Source: an uncultured bacterium (GTDB lineage: Bacteria > Krumholzibacteriota > Krumholzibacteriia > Krumholzibacteriales > Krumholzibacteriaceae). From it: 35,218 bases of DNA. Shown one piece after another: positions 15,737 to 24,451 of this stretch; position 1 is the stretch's first letter, and every line of letters begins with the position of its first letter. The notes under the pieces were generated by a model that saw only the letters and a list, made by a program, of their open reading frames with translations, was not told where the DNA came from and made no database searches. The stretch lies in assembly GCA_965371515.1 (NCBI GenBank), contig CBDUYR010000028.1, positions 1 to 35,218 on the forward strand. Reading direction: 5' to 3'. Both the position numbers and the translations under genes were made by a program.

Positions 15737-16509
15737 GCTCTTTTCATTTCAACCTCACGATCGATCTGCTCGACATACTGATCGTTGCATTCCTCTTCTA
15801 CAGGCTTTTCATGCTTTTCAAAGGGACAAGGGCCATCCAGATGTTCATCGGCCTCTTTCTTCTGATCCTCTTCTCCTTCATCGCTCAGTGGCTGAACCTC
15901 AACGCGCTCAACCGTATCCTGAGCAGTCTGAAAACCGTCCTGGTAATAGCGTTCGTCATCCTGTTCCAGCCCGAGCTGAGAAAGGCGCTGACGCAGCTCG
16001 GTCAGAACAGGATCATAGGGATGTTCCTCAAGGTCGAGTCATCGGGAACCGTCTCGGAAACAGTAAAGGCCTGCCAGCTTCTCGCACAGAAGGGACTGGG
16101 CGCAATCATAGTCGTCGAACGCGACGTCGGCCTGAAGAACTACATCGAGACGGGCACAAGGCTCGACGCGAAGGTTACCAGCGAGCTCCTCGTATCGATA
16201 TTCACTCCTCCTGGACCTCTGCATGACGGTGCTGTGATCGTCGAGAAAGACAGGATCATTGCAGCGGGGTGTATCCTGCCACTTTCGCAGAATCCACGGA
16301 TCGGCCGCGCCCTGGGCACCCGCCACAGGGCCGGGCTCGGACTCTCCGAGGAAACGGACGCCATTGCGATCATTGTCAGCGAGGAAACAGGCTCGATCTC
16401 GCTGGCCCGCGAGGGCAAGCTCAAACGCAAGCTCGACCTCAACGCACTGAGAAACGAGCTCGTTGCCATCATCGGAATAAAATCCACCGAGACCGTTCCC
16501 GCCGCGTGA
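15733..16509 (+). CDS. cdaA: membrane diadenylate cyclase CdaA/DacA
   Basis: Three N-terminal TM helices, ILFQPELR, LHDGAV (DGA motif), GTRHRA (RHR motif) and VSEETG. TTG start overlaps the folP stop. Confidence 0.93.
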   Translation: MSSFHFNLTIDLLDILIVAFLFYRLFMLFKGTRAIQMFIGLFLLILFSFIAQWLNLNALNRILSSLKTVLVIAFVILFQPELRKALTQLGQNRIIGMFLKVESSGTVSETVKACQLLAQKGLGAIIVVERDVGLKNYIETGTRLDAKVTSELLVSIFTPPGPLHDGAVIVEKDRIIAAGCILPLSQNPRIGRALGTRHRAGLGLSEETDAIAIIVSEETGSISLAREGKLKRKLDLNALRNELVAIIGIKSTETVPAA

Positions 16510-16826
16510 CAGAACGGGAGCGGAAGCCTTCACCACACACATCTTCCCGTCCGGACCTCCGCTCCCTTCTCCTTCAGGACCGTTCCGTCATGTCAGGATG
16601 GCAAGCATGATGCCCTGAGGAAAAACATGCTTCGCTTCGTGCACAAGTCAAAATGTACATATCAGTTACTGGATCCAGCCGCGGTGAGATCATCGATGCG
16701 GTCGGAGCATGACAGTGTAAATACTGTTCACGGAATCAGCTGGACAGACATGACGATCTGCACTAAAGACTCGTTCGCAGGGGATCTTTCAGATCAATGC
16801 TGTAATGGAAACAGGGTTGGCGGTGT

Positions 16827-18377
16827 CTAGTCTCTTTGCGGTTCCCTGATCATGCCTCTCTCTACCAGCCTGATCAGATGTCCGATGACTTCGGCATCGA
16901 ACTTGTCGGTCTGGAGCTTAAGCTGCTCGAGGGCTTCCCCGTATCCGAAAGCCGTCCGATAGGGCCTGTCGCTCGTCATCGCGTCGAAGCTGTCGGCAAC
17001 AGCCACGATCCTCGCTCCGAGCGATATTTCATCGCCCTTCAGGCCATCGGGATATCCGCGCCCGTCGAGACGTTCGTGATGGTGCCTGACCAGATCGGAT
17101 GCGGCCTCGAGGAATTTCATGTTTTTGATGATGTTCGCACCGACCTCAGGATGGCTTCTCACAATTTCCCATTCCCCGTCGGTCAGTTCTCCGGGCTTGT
17201 TGAGAATGTCCTCGAACACGCCGAGTTTCCCGATGTCGTGGAGCGCGGCGCCGAAACTGACCGTCTCGAGATCCGTCTTTTCCAGATTCATCTCCTCGGC
17301 GATCAACGTGGCGAACATCGCGACCCTGTCTGTATGGCCCCTGGTATAGGAATCCTTGGCCTCTATCGTGGAGACAAGGACCTTGATCGTGGAAAGGTAC
17401 GTGGATTGGAGTTCGGAGTAGAGCCTCGCATTTTCCAGACCCGTAGCGAACGAGCTGCATATCGACCTGAATACGTCCCAGTCGTCTGACGAATATTCCT
17501 GACCGCTTACTTTAGCTCCGAGAAACACTATCCCGATTATGGAAGACTTGACGATCAGTGGATAGCAGTAGTGAAATCCCAGGTCCCGCATGAACTCTAT
17601 CTCGCGACTCGTGCCGTCGGGCATCTCATCGCTTCTCAGATCGAGCGTTCCCTGCTGAGTCAGCAGGAATTGGCTCATCCCTGTCTCTTTGGAAAGCCTG
17701 ACAGTCCTCAGAATGGTGTCCCTTATACCCCTGCCCCCAAAGTACGAGAGATGATTCTTCGTGTCGTTCGGCGCGAAAAAGAGACATGCAGAACCGATGC
17801 CCAGCTGACCGGCTATCGTAAGGAAAAAGACGTTTGTCAGTTCCTCGGGATCTTGCAGCCTGTTGAGGTCCTGGCTCAGATCGAAGATTGAACGCAGGTC
17901 GAGGACCTTCTTCTTCAGCTCCTTGTTGACTCTTTGAATGTCATCTACACTCTTCTGGATCTCGTCTTCGAGATGCTCGTTCTTCTCCAGGAGATCCCTG
18001 CGTCTACTCGCCTGCGACAGGAAGTTGTCGACCTTGGCGATCATCTCTTTGACGGAGAAAGGTTTCTTTATATAATCCTGCGCCCCGGACTTGAATCCTT
18101 CCAGCATGTTTTCGGGAATGGCGTTGCCTGATATCATGATAATCGGCACGTCGCGGTTGATGTCGCGACTCCTTATCTCGTCGCATACGGCGAATCCATC
18201 CTTCCGTGGAAGAACCACGTCGAGTACAACGAGGTCGGGAAGGAATTCATCGTATTTACGCAGCGCCGACTCGCCGTCAAGGGCGTACTCGGTGTTGTAC
18301 CCCCTGTTCCTCAAGGATTCTGTGATTATCTCGACCACGTTGGGATCGTCGTCGACTACGAGAATGTTACCTCTCAC
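16827..18377 (-). CDS. REC-GAF-HD-GYP cyclic-dinucleotide phosphodiesterase response regulator
   Basis: REC motifs ILVVDDD...VLDVVLP...KPF. HD-GYP motifs TRGHTDRV, LHDIGK, HHERLDGRGYP and ADSFDAMTSDRPYR are all intact. GTG 18377 with GAGG SD. Confidence 0.92.
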   Translation of the reverse strand: MRGNILVVDDDPNVVEIITESLRNRGYNTEYALDGESALRKYDEFLPDLVVLDVVLPRKDGFAVCDEIRSRDINRDVPIIMISGNAIPENMLEGFKSGAQDYIKKPFSVKEMIAKVDNFLSQASRRRDLLEKNEHLEDEIQKSVDDIQRVNKELKKKVLDLRSIFDLSQDLNRLQDPEELTNVFFLTIAGQLGIGSACLFFAPNDTKNHLSYFGGRGIRDTILRTVRLSKETGMSQFLLTQQGTLDLRSDEMPDGTSREIEFMRDLGFHYCYPLIVKSSIIGIVFLGAKVSGQEYSSDDWDVFRSICSSFATGLENARLYSELQSTYLSTIKVLVSTIEAKDSYTRGHTDRVAMFATLIAEEMNLEKTDLETVSFGAALHDIGKLGVFEDILNKPGELTDGEWEIVRSHPEVGANIIKNMKFLEAASDLVRHHHERLDGRGYPDGLKGDEISLGARIVAVADSFDAMTSDRPYRTAFGYGEALEQLKLQTDKFDAEVIGHLIRLVERGMIREPQRD

Positions 18378-18390
18378 GACAATACACCTC

Positions 18391-20262
18391 TCAGGAAACA
18401 ACTCCGGCGGGCTGTACCGATTTCGCCATTTCCTTCTCCATTATCGCGGTAAACTGGTTGACGACCTCACGATCGTAACGCAGGCCGTAATTCTCCTTAA
18501 GGGTATCGAGCGCTTCCCTGCCGGACAGGGCCGGCCGGTTCGGCCTCTCGTTTATCATGGCCGCATAACTCTCGACGACGGAAATCAGCCTCGATCCCAG
18601 AGGGATCTCCTTCCCTCTGAGACCTCTCGGGTAACCCTCGCCGTTGAACCGCTCATGATGGCTGAGCACGATCTCGACGACGTGGTCGTCGAATTTCATA
18701 CGCCTGAGCATTTCCGCTCCGTCCTCGGGATGTTTCTTGATTACCTGCCACTCTTCCTTGGACAGCTCGCGCGGACTACGCACGATGAGATCGCTTACCT
18801 TCACCATACCCATATCCCTGAGCACGGTACCGTATATCAGATCCTTGAAGTTCTCTTCGGGGTAATTCATGTTTTTGGCGACTATTCCCACGTAACGGGA
18901 CACGATCTCGGATGTCCCCTTCAACATGGTGTTTTCCTCTATGAGTGATATGAGTGTCTTGACTATGCCGAGAGTCCTCTCGTTTTCCCTTTCGAACATC
19001 ATGGCGTTGCTGTACGCACCCTTCGCCAGGTTGACGAGTATCTGCATGAATTCGAAATCTTCTTTCTGCATATGCCTGCCGACAAGACGCTTGCCGAGTA
19101 ATATCAGGCCGGTCATCTCCTCGCCCTGATTGAAGGGACATACATACTCCAGCCCCACCTCGTTGAGATCGCTTCTCACCTTGTCGCTCAGCGATATGTT
19201 TTTTATCTCGAAAACATCCCTGCCCCAGATGATACGTTCCACCTCGTTGTCGCTCAGCTCGATCGGGGAAAGATCGTCCTCGTCAATGCCCTTGGCTATG
19301 GCGGGCATGAAGACTCCCTCTTTATTCTCGTAGAAGACGGCAGATTCGACTCCGCCCTGAGCTATCGATGTCAGCAGGAAGATATCGAGAAGTTTCTTGC
19401 GTTCCCTGATCGAATTGAAGTCCGCACTGATGGAAAACAGGGTCTTCATTTCTAGGATGCGCCTTTTGAGCCTCTTGTTGAGCTCCTTGACGTCTTCAGT
19501 CTCGATCTCATCGAGGAGACTGAACGGCGATACCGGATCGTCGATCCACTCGGGCGGAGATTCACTCGACTTGGAGCTGAATATCTCCGAAATGATCCCT
19601 TCCTCGCTCCCGACGTCCTCTTCCGCGGCAGCCTGTGGTGTGCTCTCTGTTTCCCTGGCTTCAGCTGACTCCTCGACAGCCGATTCCTCCTGCTCCATGC
19701 CCGATTGCGGCTTGTCACCGCCGGAATCGTACGTCATCAGAATAACCCCGTCCTCACCGGCCGGAGCACTTTCAGGGACAGCTTCCTGCTGCGCGTCGAC
19801 GGGCTCATCTTCCTTTTCGGCCTCCGCCGATCCAGCAGCCCGAGGAGCATCCTGTTTCTTTTTTTCCATCGAGGGTTCGGAAGCCTTCGCAGCTTCCTTC
19901 CCTTTTTTCGCGTCCGGCGGCGCACCGCCGGAGATAGCCTCATCCAGTGTCGAACAGATGCGGATGTTCGTCTCGTCGTCCTCAAGAAAATCGAGTACAA
20001 CACTGTTCGTGACCACGAACGTGGTCTCGCCGCCCATCTCCTTGAGAGTCTTCACAAACTTCCTGAGGATCTTCGCTACACCGCCACCGAGCGACGTGAG
20101 CTCTGAGAAGTCGAAGACGACATGCTTGAGCTCTCTCTTGAGACATTCCTGCGTCAGTTGCTCGACTTTCTTGTTCTCGTGGAATCCGAGTTTGCCCGAG
20201 ACCTGGAATCCGGCGCTGTCGGCAGCGCCGATCTCGAGTTTGTCGAACCTTGTCCTTGCCAT
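18391..20262 (-). CDS. STAS-linker-GAF-degenerate HD-GYP protein
   Basis: N-terminal STAS-like domain (VSGKL...VVFDFSELTSL), acidic linker, GAF, then HHERFNGEGYP, but HD is replaced by RD (LRDMG). Confidence 0.85.
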   Translation of the reverse strand: MARTRFDKLEIGAADSAGFQVSGKLGFHENKKVEQLTQECLKRELKHVVFDFSELTSLGGGVAKILRKFVKTLKEMGGETTFVVTNSVVLDFLEDDETNIRICSTLDEAISGGAPPDAKKGKEAAKASEPSMEKKKQDAPRAAGSAEAEKEDEPVDAQQEAVPESAPAGEDGVILMTYDSGGDKPQSGMEQEESAVEESAEARETESTPQAAAEEDVGSEEGIISEIFSSKSSESPPEWIDDPVSPFSLLDEIETEDVKELNKRLKRRILEMKTLFSISADFNSIRERKKLLDIFLLTSIAQGGVESAVFYENKEGVFMPAIAKGIDEDDLSPIELSDNEVERIIWGRDVFEIKNISLSDKVRSDLNEVGLEYVCPFNQGEEMTGLILLGKRLVGRHMQKEDFEFMQILVNLAKGAYSNAMMFERENERTLGIVKTLISLIEENTMLKGTSEIVSRYVGIVAKNMNYPEENFKDLIYGTVLRDMGMVKVSDLIVRSPRELSKEEWQVIKKHPEDGAEMLRRMKFDDHVVEIVLSHHERFNGEGYPRGLRGKEIPLGSRLISVVESYAAMINERPNRPALSGREALDTLKENYGLRYDREVVNQFTAIMEKEMAKSVQPAGVVS

Positions 20263-20283
20263 CTGGCCGCTCCCGCCCGGACG

Positions 20284-20526
20284 TTACTCCGCGTGTACAA
20301 CCACCTCTTCTTCCTGAGCGAGCCATCTGTCCAGAACGCTCCTCAGGAAGCGCCACTCGCTTCCAACCTTTTTCGCGGGAATTTTCTTTTCCTTCGCGAG
20401 ACGACATACGGTTTTAACATGCATCTTGAGATACTCCGCCGCCTCGACGGATGTCATGACCTCGGTGGCGTCGTCGTTGCCGCCGATGATGATGCTGCCG
20501 TAGTCCCTGTTGTGCTGTTTAACCAT
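20284..20526 (-). CDS. small excisionase-family (HTH_17) DNA-binding protein
   Basis: VMTSVEAAEYLKMHVKTVCRLAKEKKIPAKKVGSEWRF...LDRWL; GAGAGG SD. Confidence 0.88.
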   Translation of the reverse strand: MVKQHNRDYGSIIIGGNDDATEVMTSVEAAEYLKMHVKTVCRLAKEKKIPAKKVGSEWRFLRSVLDRWLAQEEEVVVHAE

Positions 20527-20623
20527 GACAACCTCTCTACGCTTGATGATCTGGAACCGACGGCAGAGAACGCCGGTACCGTTTCAGTCTATACCTGCAC
20601 GCGTTCAGGCACGCGAATTCGTT

Positions 20624-22294
20624 CTAATTTACCTCGACTACTTCATCTACCCAGGAACCGGTCTCCCCCATTTCTTCCTCGAATCCCTGTACCCAGCTGT
20701 AACGATCTATCACCAGCTGGACGTCCAGGACGGGGAATTCCCGTTCTCCGATGTGGAGAAGACGTCCGGACAGCGACGCCCAGTCGTTCTCCGTCACCTG
20801 CTCGATCAGGCCCTCGACCTTCCGGCCTGGCCCCTCTGACAGGATGCCGATCCGTTTTTCAGCCAACCCGAGTATCACGACATGGTTACCCTCGGAACCG
20901 GCGTCGAGCTCATCGGCCGCAAGCTCGTCTATTCTGCAGACAGGGATACGCGAACCGCCTTGTCTGACGGATCTGCCTCCCTGGTCGCTGTCGATCTGAA
21001 TACTGGAGAGATCGATGACATTGTCCACGCTGTGCTTTGGAACGGCAAACGTCATGCCGGCCGAATCGATCAGGTGATAGTCCGTAATCACAGACGTGCG
21101 TGGAAAGGTGAACCTGAAGCGATCTTCGCTCCCATCGCCTGGCTCTACCCACAACAGCGCTCCCCATTTCCTGAGCAGCCCCCTGGCCTGAAGTAACCCG
21201 TGGTAGTATGCCATTGCGTCGTCCCTGTCGATCTCGGAATCATTGAGATAGTCGCTCGCGTCGTCGAACACCCTGGCCGTCAGATACGAGCCCTCGCTGG
21301 ATACATCTATCTTCACACTTATATCTCTTCTGTTGCTTCGTTCGCTCATCCTGCATATATCGAATACACAGTTTTCGAGGATTACGGCCAAGTCTGTCGC
21401 GGCCTCTCTCTCGAGCGAGAAAACATCGGTCCTCGTCTTCAGCTCCGTCTTCCAGTTCCTCAACCTGCTGTGGATCCCTATGAAATCATTCAGCCCGTCC
21501 ATCACCGTCGAGCTCGAGACCTTCGATCTGAAAGTCTTGTGGTTATCTCCAAGCCTGCTCAACATGCTGCCGAGCATAGCCATGAAAAACTCGCTCTCGC
21601 CGATCGCCAGCTCGAGATCTCTGACCGCCGCGTCTCCCCTGTTCCCCTCGCTGAGACATTCTTCCAACCTGTCGTCGATCTTCTTCAGCGAACTCTGGAG
21701 TCTCGTTATGGTCGCGAATCCATTTGTCTTACAGCCTGTGGATTCGCCGGATTCAGCTTCAGCGTTCTGCTGAACTGTCTCTTCGGCACTACTGTCCCCT
21801 GCGGGCATCTCGAAGGGGGACTCCTCCCCCTGCGCGGACTCCTTCTCTATACTCACGCCAGGTTCGGAAGGCGTATCGTCGATATTCCCGAACGGTTCGG
21901 AGAGGATCAGCTCTATCTCCTGCTGAAGTCCCCCGAAATGCGTGAGATCGATCTCCCCGTCCTCGTCGGCAATGATCTCGGCGACCGCCTGCTCCTCCGT
22001 CTCGAGGATCTCGGATACGATCTGCGAGACCTGCTCATCCCAGTGTCTTCCAGCGGAGAAAAATCTTTCGAGAAGTTCCCTGAACATCGTGAGCGTACTG
22101 CACCACTCGTCGAGACCAAGCATCCGCGTACTGCCTTCGAGGAGTCTTCCCGCGAAAGTGGCTTTCTCGACCGGGGTCCTGTCCAGCGGCTGTCCGCAGG
22201 CAAATCCCATCAGATCGTTGAGCTTGGCGATGTGGTCGTTGACCTGCTCGCCAAATAGCTGTCTGTTCTCACTGCTCAGCATCACCACGGACAT
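20624..22294 (-). CDS. CheA-like protein (Hpt-like, HATPase-like, CheW), catalytically degenerate
   Basis: Hpt-like AGRLLEGSTRMLG, HATPase remnants ILENCV and VFDD, then RFTFPRTSVITDYHLIDSAGMTFAVP leading into a CheW-like domain. Confidence 0.75.
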   Translation of the reverse strand: MSVVMLSSENRQLFGEQVNDHIAKLNDLMGFACGQPLDRTPVEKATFAGRLLEGSTRMLGLDEWCSTLTMFRELLERFFSAGRHWDEQVSQIVSEILETEEQAVAEIIADEDGEIDLTHFGGLQQEIELILSEPFGNIDDTPSEPGVSIEKESAQGEESPFEMPAGDSSAEETVQQNAEAESGESTGCKTNGFATITRLQSSLKKIDDRLEECLSEGNRGDAAVRDLELAIGESEFFMAMLGSMLSRLGDNHKTFRSKVSSSTVMDGLNDFIGIHSRLRNWKTELKTRTDVFSLEREAATDLAVILENCVFDICRMSERSNRRDISVKIDVSSEGSYLTARVFDDASDYLNDSEIDRDDAMAYYHGLLQARGLLRKWGALLWVEPGDGSEDRFRFTFPRTSVITDYHLIDSAGMTFAVPKHSVDNVIDLSSIQIDSDQGGRSVRQGGSRIPVCRIDELAADELDAGSEGNHVVILGLAEKRIGILSEGPGRKVEGLIEQVTENDWASLSGRLLHIGEREFPVLDVQLVIDRYSWVQGFEEEMGETGSWVDEVVEVN

Positions 22295-22299
22295 TCACC

Positions 22300-24210
22300 T
22301 CACAGATTCACTTCGGTCTTTTCCACGTACTCTACTGCACCCAGTTCGAAAAGGTCGTGTACGGGCTCCGCGTCGGGATCCGGCACTACCTCAGGCTCTA
22401 TCTCATCAACGTGCGCGTTATCCACTACCGGTTCTACTTCCACCTTTACCCAGTCGTCAGTCTGTTCCTGCATATTATCCCAGTTCTCGTCCGCAGACAG
22501 ATCGGCTTCCACGACTGTTTCCTGCTGAGGAGACGCCTCCTGCTCCACTTCCGCGACCGGGTCGCCGGCGAACAGTTCGTCCACCATATCGGGGGCCTCT
22601 TCGGCCTGTACTTCCTCCTCAGCTTCTTCACTTGTCTCTTCGGGAATCTCTGCCTCCTCTGAGGCAACCTCTTCAGCGGGAACCTCATCCACCTGCGGCT
22701 GATCAGCATCGGACAGCATGGCACTCATCGCTTCCTGGAATCCCGAGAGGGCCTCATCACTGTCGTCAGTGACATCTTCTTCGATAACATCATCAGACGG
22801 AGCGCTCGCGTCGCCCTCGGCCTCCATGCCGTTCTCTGGAGCTGTTTCGGATCCCTTCCATACAGTTCCATGGTCTATCACGAGGTCCGAATCGTCGATC
22901 CCGCCGGGCTCTTCGGCAGATTCATCGGCGTTTGCGCCGAAATTCACGATCGAGCCATCTGTGGCACGGATGCGATCGTCTCCACCTTGATCGGCCTGTA
23001 GCTCTTCGTTTATCTCTTCCACGCCGCTGCCGAGGGCCATTATCTTCTGCTGAAGGGCCTGGCTGCGCGATTCGATCTTTGTAGATATCTCTATTATCCG
23101 ACGTTCCACCTCGGGAGAAGTACCGGAATCGGCGGCAACGGAGCCGCCAGCAGATGATCTTGCGTTCCTGCTGCTGCTGGCCACGGTCCTCACCAGGCCC
23201 TCGAGCTCTCGCCCAAGCTTACCGAACCTCTCGGCAGTCGATCTGACCTTCTCGGCGAGCAGTGCGAGGTCCTTCTCGGTCGCCTCGCCCCTGGCGGCCA
23301 TCAGCGCTATATTGAGAGCAAGGCCATTGCCTTCCTCGGAGAGATCGTGGATCGCTGAGCTTCTCTCCTCGAGAGCGGCGGCGGCGGTCTCGACAGCCGC
23401 AATCGCGTCGGAGGGAGAACCGGCATCTGCGACTGTACCGGATCCGTTGGACCCGAGGCCTTCGGCCACCTCGTTGAGCTCACCTGCCGACTTGACTATA
23501 TCCAGTATGTCCTCACTGGCGCCCGCGACTGTCTCGACAATCTTGCCGCAGGAGAGGGAAGCACGGCCGGCCGCCTGCCTGGCCGCCTCGGACTGTTTCC
23601 TGATCTCTTCTGTTCCACCGACATTCTCATCCGCCCAGCACTGGACCTTCTTCGCGATCGAGACCCACCATTTACCCTCGGCGATCGTCTCGTTCAGCCC
23701 ATTCCCCTCGAGGATCGAATCTATCTCCATCTCGAAATCGACGGAGCTCATCTCCACTTCACGACTCTCAATGTCTTCGGAGATCTCGCGGATCTGGTCG
23801 CCATAGTTTCTCAGGACCTTCTGGAGTCTGGGGTAGTCGGAAAGCCTCGCTATCTGGGCCGGATTGGTCAGATCGTCTATGCTTTTCGCCAGGGAAATCA
23901 TCTTCCGGTAATCCTGTCCGGAATTGAGGTAGTACTTGTATCTGCGTACCGCGGTAGCTATGACAAAATATGTGAACAGTGAGAGAAGTATCACGCCGGC
24001 CGCTGCCGGATATATCTCCCTGAAGAACTGGTACGAATCGACGACCCACCTGCTGACATCGGAACTGAGCCAGTAGAGGTCGATGTCGTATACCCTGACC
24101 ATGTAATAACCGACACCGAAGCTGGTAGCGACGAGCATGAGCGCCACCATGGTACCGATCTTCCACGGAGAAGTGAGTACGGGTCTCTTGTCTCGCTTTC
24201 GCTTTCCCAC
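22300..24210 (-). CDS. membrane MCP-like protein with degenerate signalling domain and acidic tail
   Basis: Two N-terminal TM helices; IHDLSEEGNGLALNIALMAARG...LAEKVRSTAER resembles the MCP hairpin; E/D-rich C-terminus. GTG 24210 with AAGGAG SD. Confidence 0.75.
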   Translation of the reverse strand: MGKRKRDKRPVLTSPWKIGTMVALMLVATSFGVGYYMVRVYDIDLYWLSSDVSRWVVDSYQFFREIYPAAAGVILLSLFTYFVIATAVRRYKYYLNSGQDYRKMISLAKSIDDLTNPAQIARLSDYPRLQKVLRNYGDQIREISEDIESREVEMSSVDFEMEIDSILEGNGLNETIAEGKWWVSIAKKVQCWADENVGGTEEIRKQSEAARQAAGRASLSCGKIVETVAGASEDILDIVKSAGELNEVAEGLGSNGSGTVADAGSPSDAIAAVETAAAALEERSSAIHDLSEEGNGLALNIALMAARGEATEKDLALLAEKVRSTAERFGKLGRELEGLVRTVASSSRNARSSAGGSVAADSGTSPEVERRIIEISTKIESRSQALQQKIMALGSGVEEINEELQADQGGDDRIRATDGSIVNFGANADESAEEPGGIDDSDLVIDHGTVWKGSETAPENGMEAEGDASAPSDDVIEEDVTDDSDEALSGFQEAMSAMLSDADQPQVDEVPAEEVASEEAEIPEETSEEAEEEVQAEEAPDMVDELFAGDPVAEVEQEASPQQETVVEADLSADENWDNMQEQTDDWVKVEVEPVVDNAHVDEIEPEVVPDPDAEPVHDLFELGAVEYVEKTEVNL

Positions 24211-24305
24211 GTCTATCTCCTTCAAACAGATAAAGTACCGGCTATCCGACTCCCGTATGACGCGTAGTCGTCCTCATTAGTCGTTTCCATTCCTCCGGCG
24301 AATCC

Positions 24306-24320
24306 GCAAAGATTATGCCA
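24306..24320 (-). promoter_or_regulatory. sigma54 (-24/-12) promoter upstream of the MCP-like operon
   Basis: Minus strand TGGCAT-AATCT-TTGC, with exact GG-N10-GC spacing. Confidence 0.7.
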
Positions 24321-24451
24321 ATGCTTCTATTACGAAAATCCGGCGTATTTACCGGAAATAACTGGAAATAGAAAGGCGGGGAAAGGGACGAAAGGGACCG
24401 ATTTGCCCGTTTAAAGTGCGATTTGCAAGAAAGTGGAGAAGGGCTCCGCGA

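Noticed and set aside
16627..16830. 67-aa ORF as a confident CDS
   Set aside because: It has an SD-like sequence but no recognisable motif; mentioned only as part of the intergenic finding.
20284..20526. Excisionase as evidence of a prophage or ICE
   Set aside because: No phage, integrase or conjugation genes nearby; the context is a signalling operon.
24222..24290. Short upstream ORFs (11 and 22 codons) in the MCP-like leader as leader peptides
   Set aside because: SD spacing is poor, they start at or very near the predicted TSS, and they have no telling amino-acid content.
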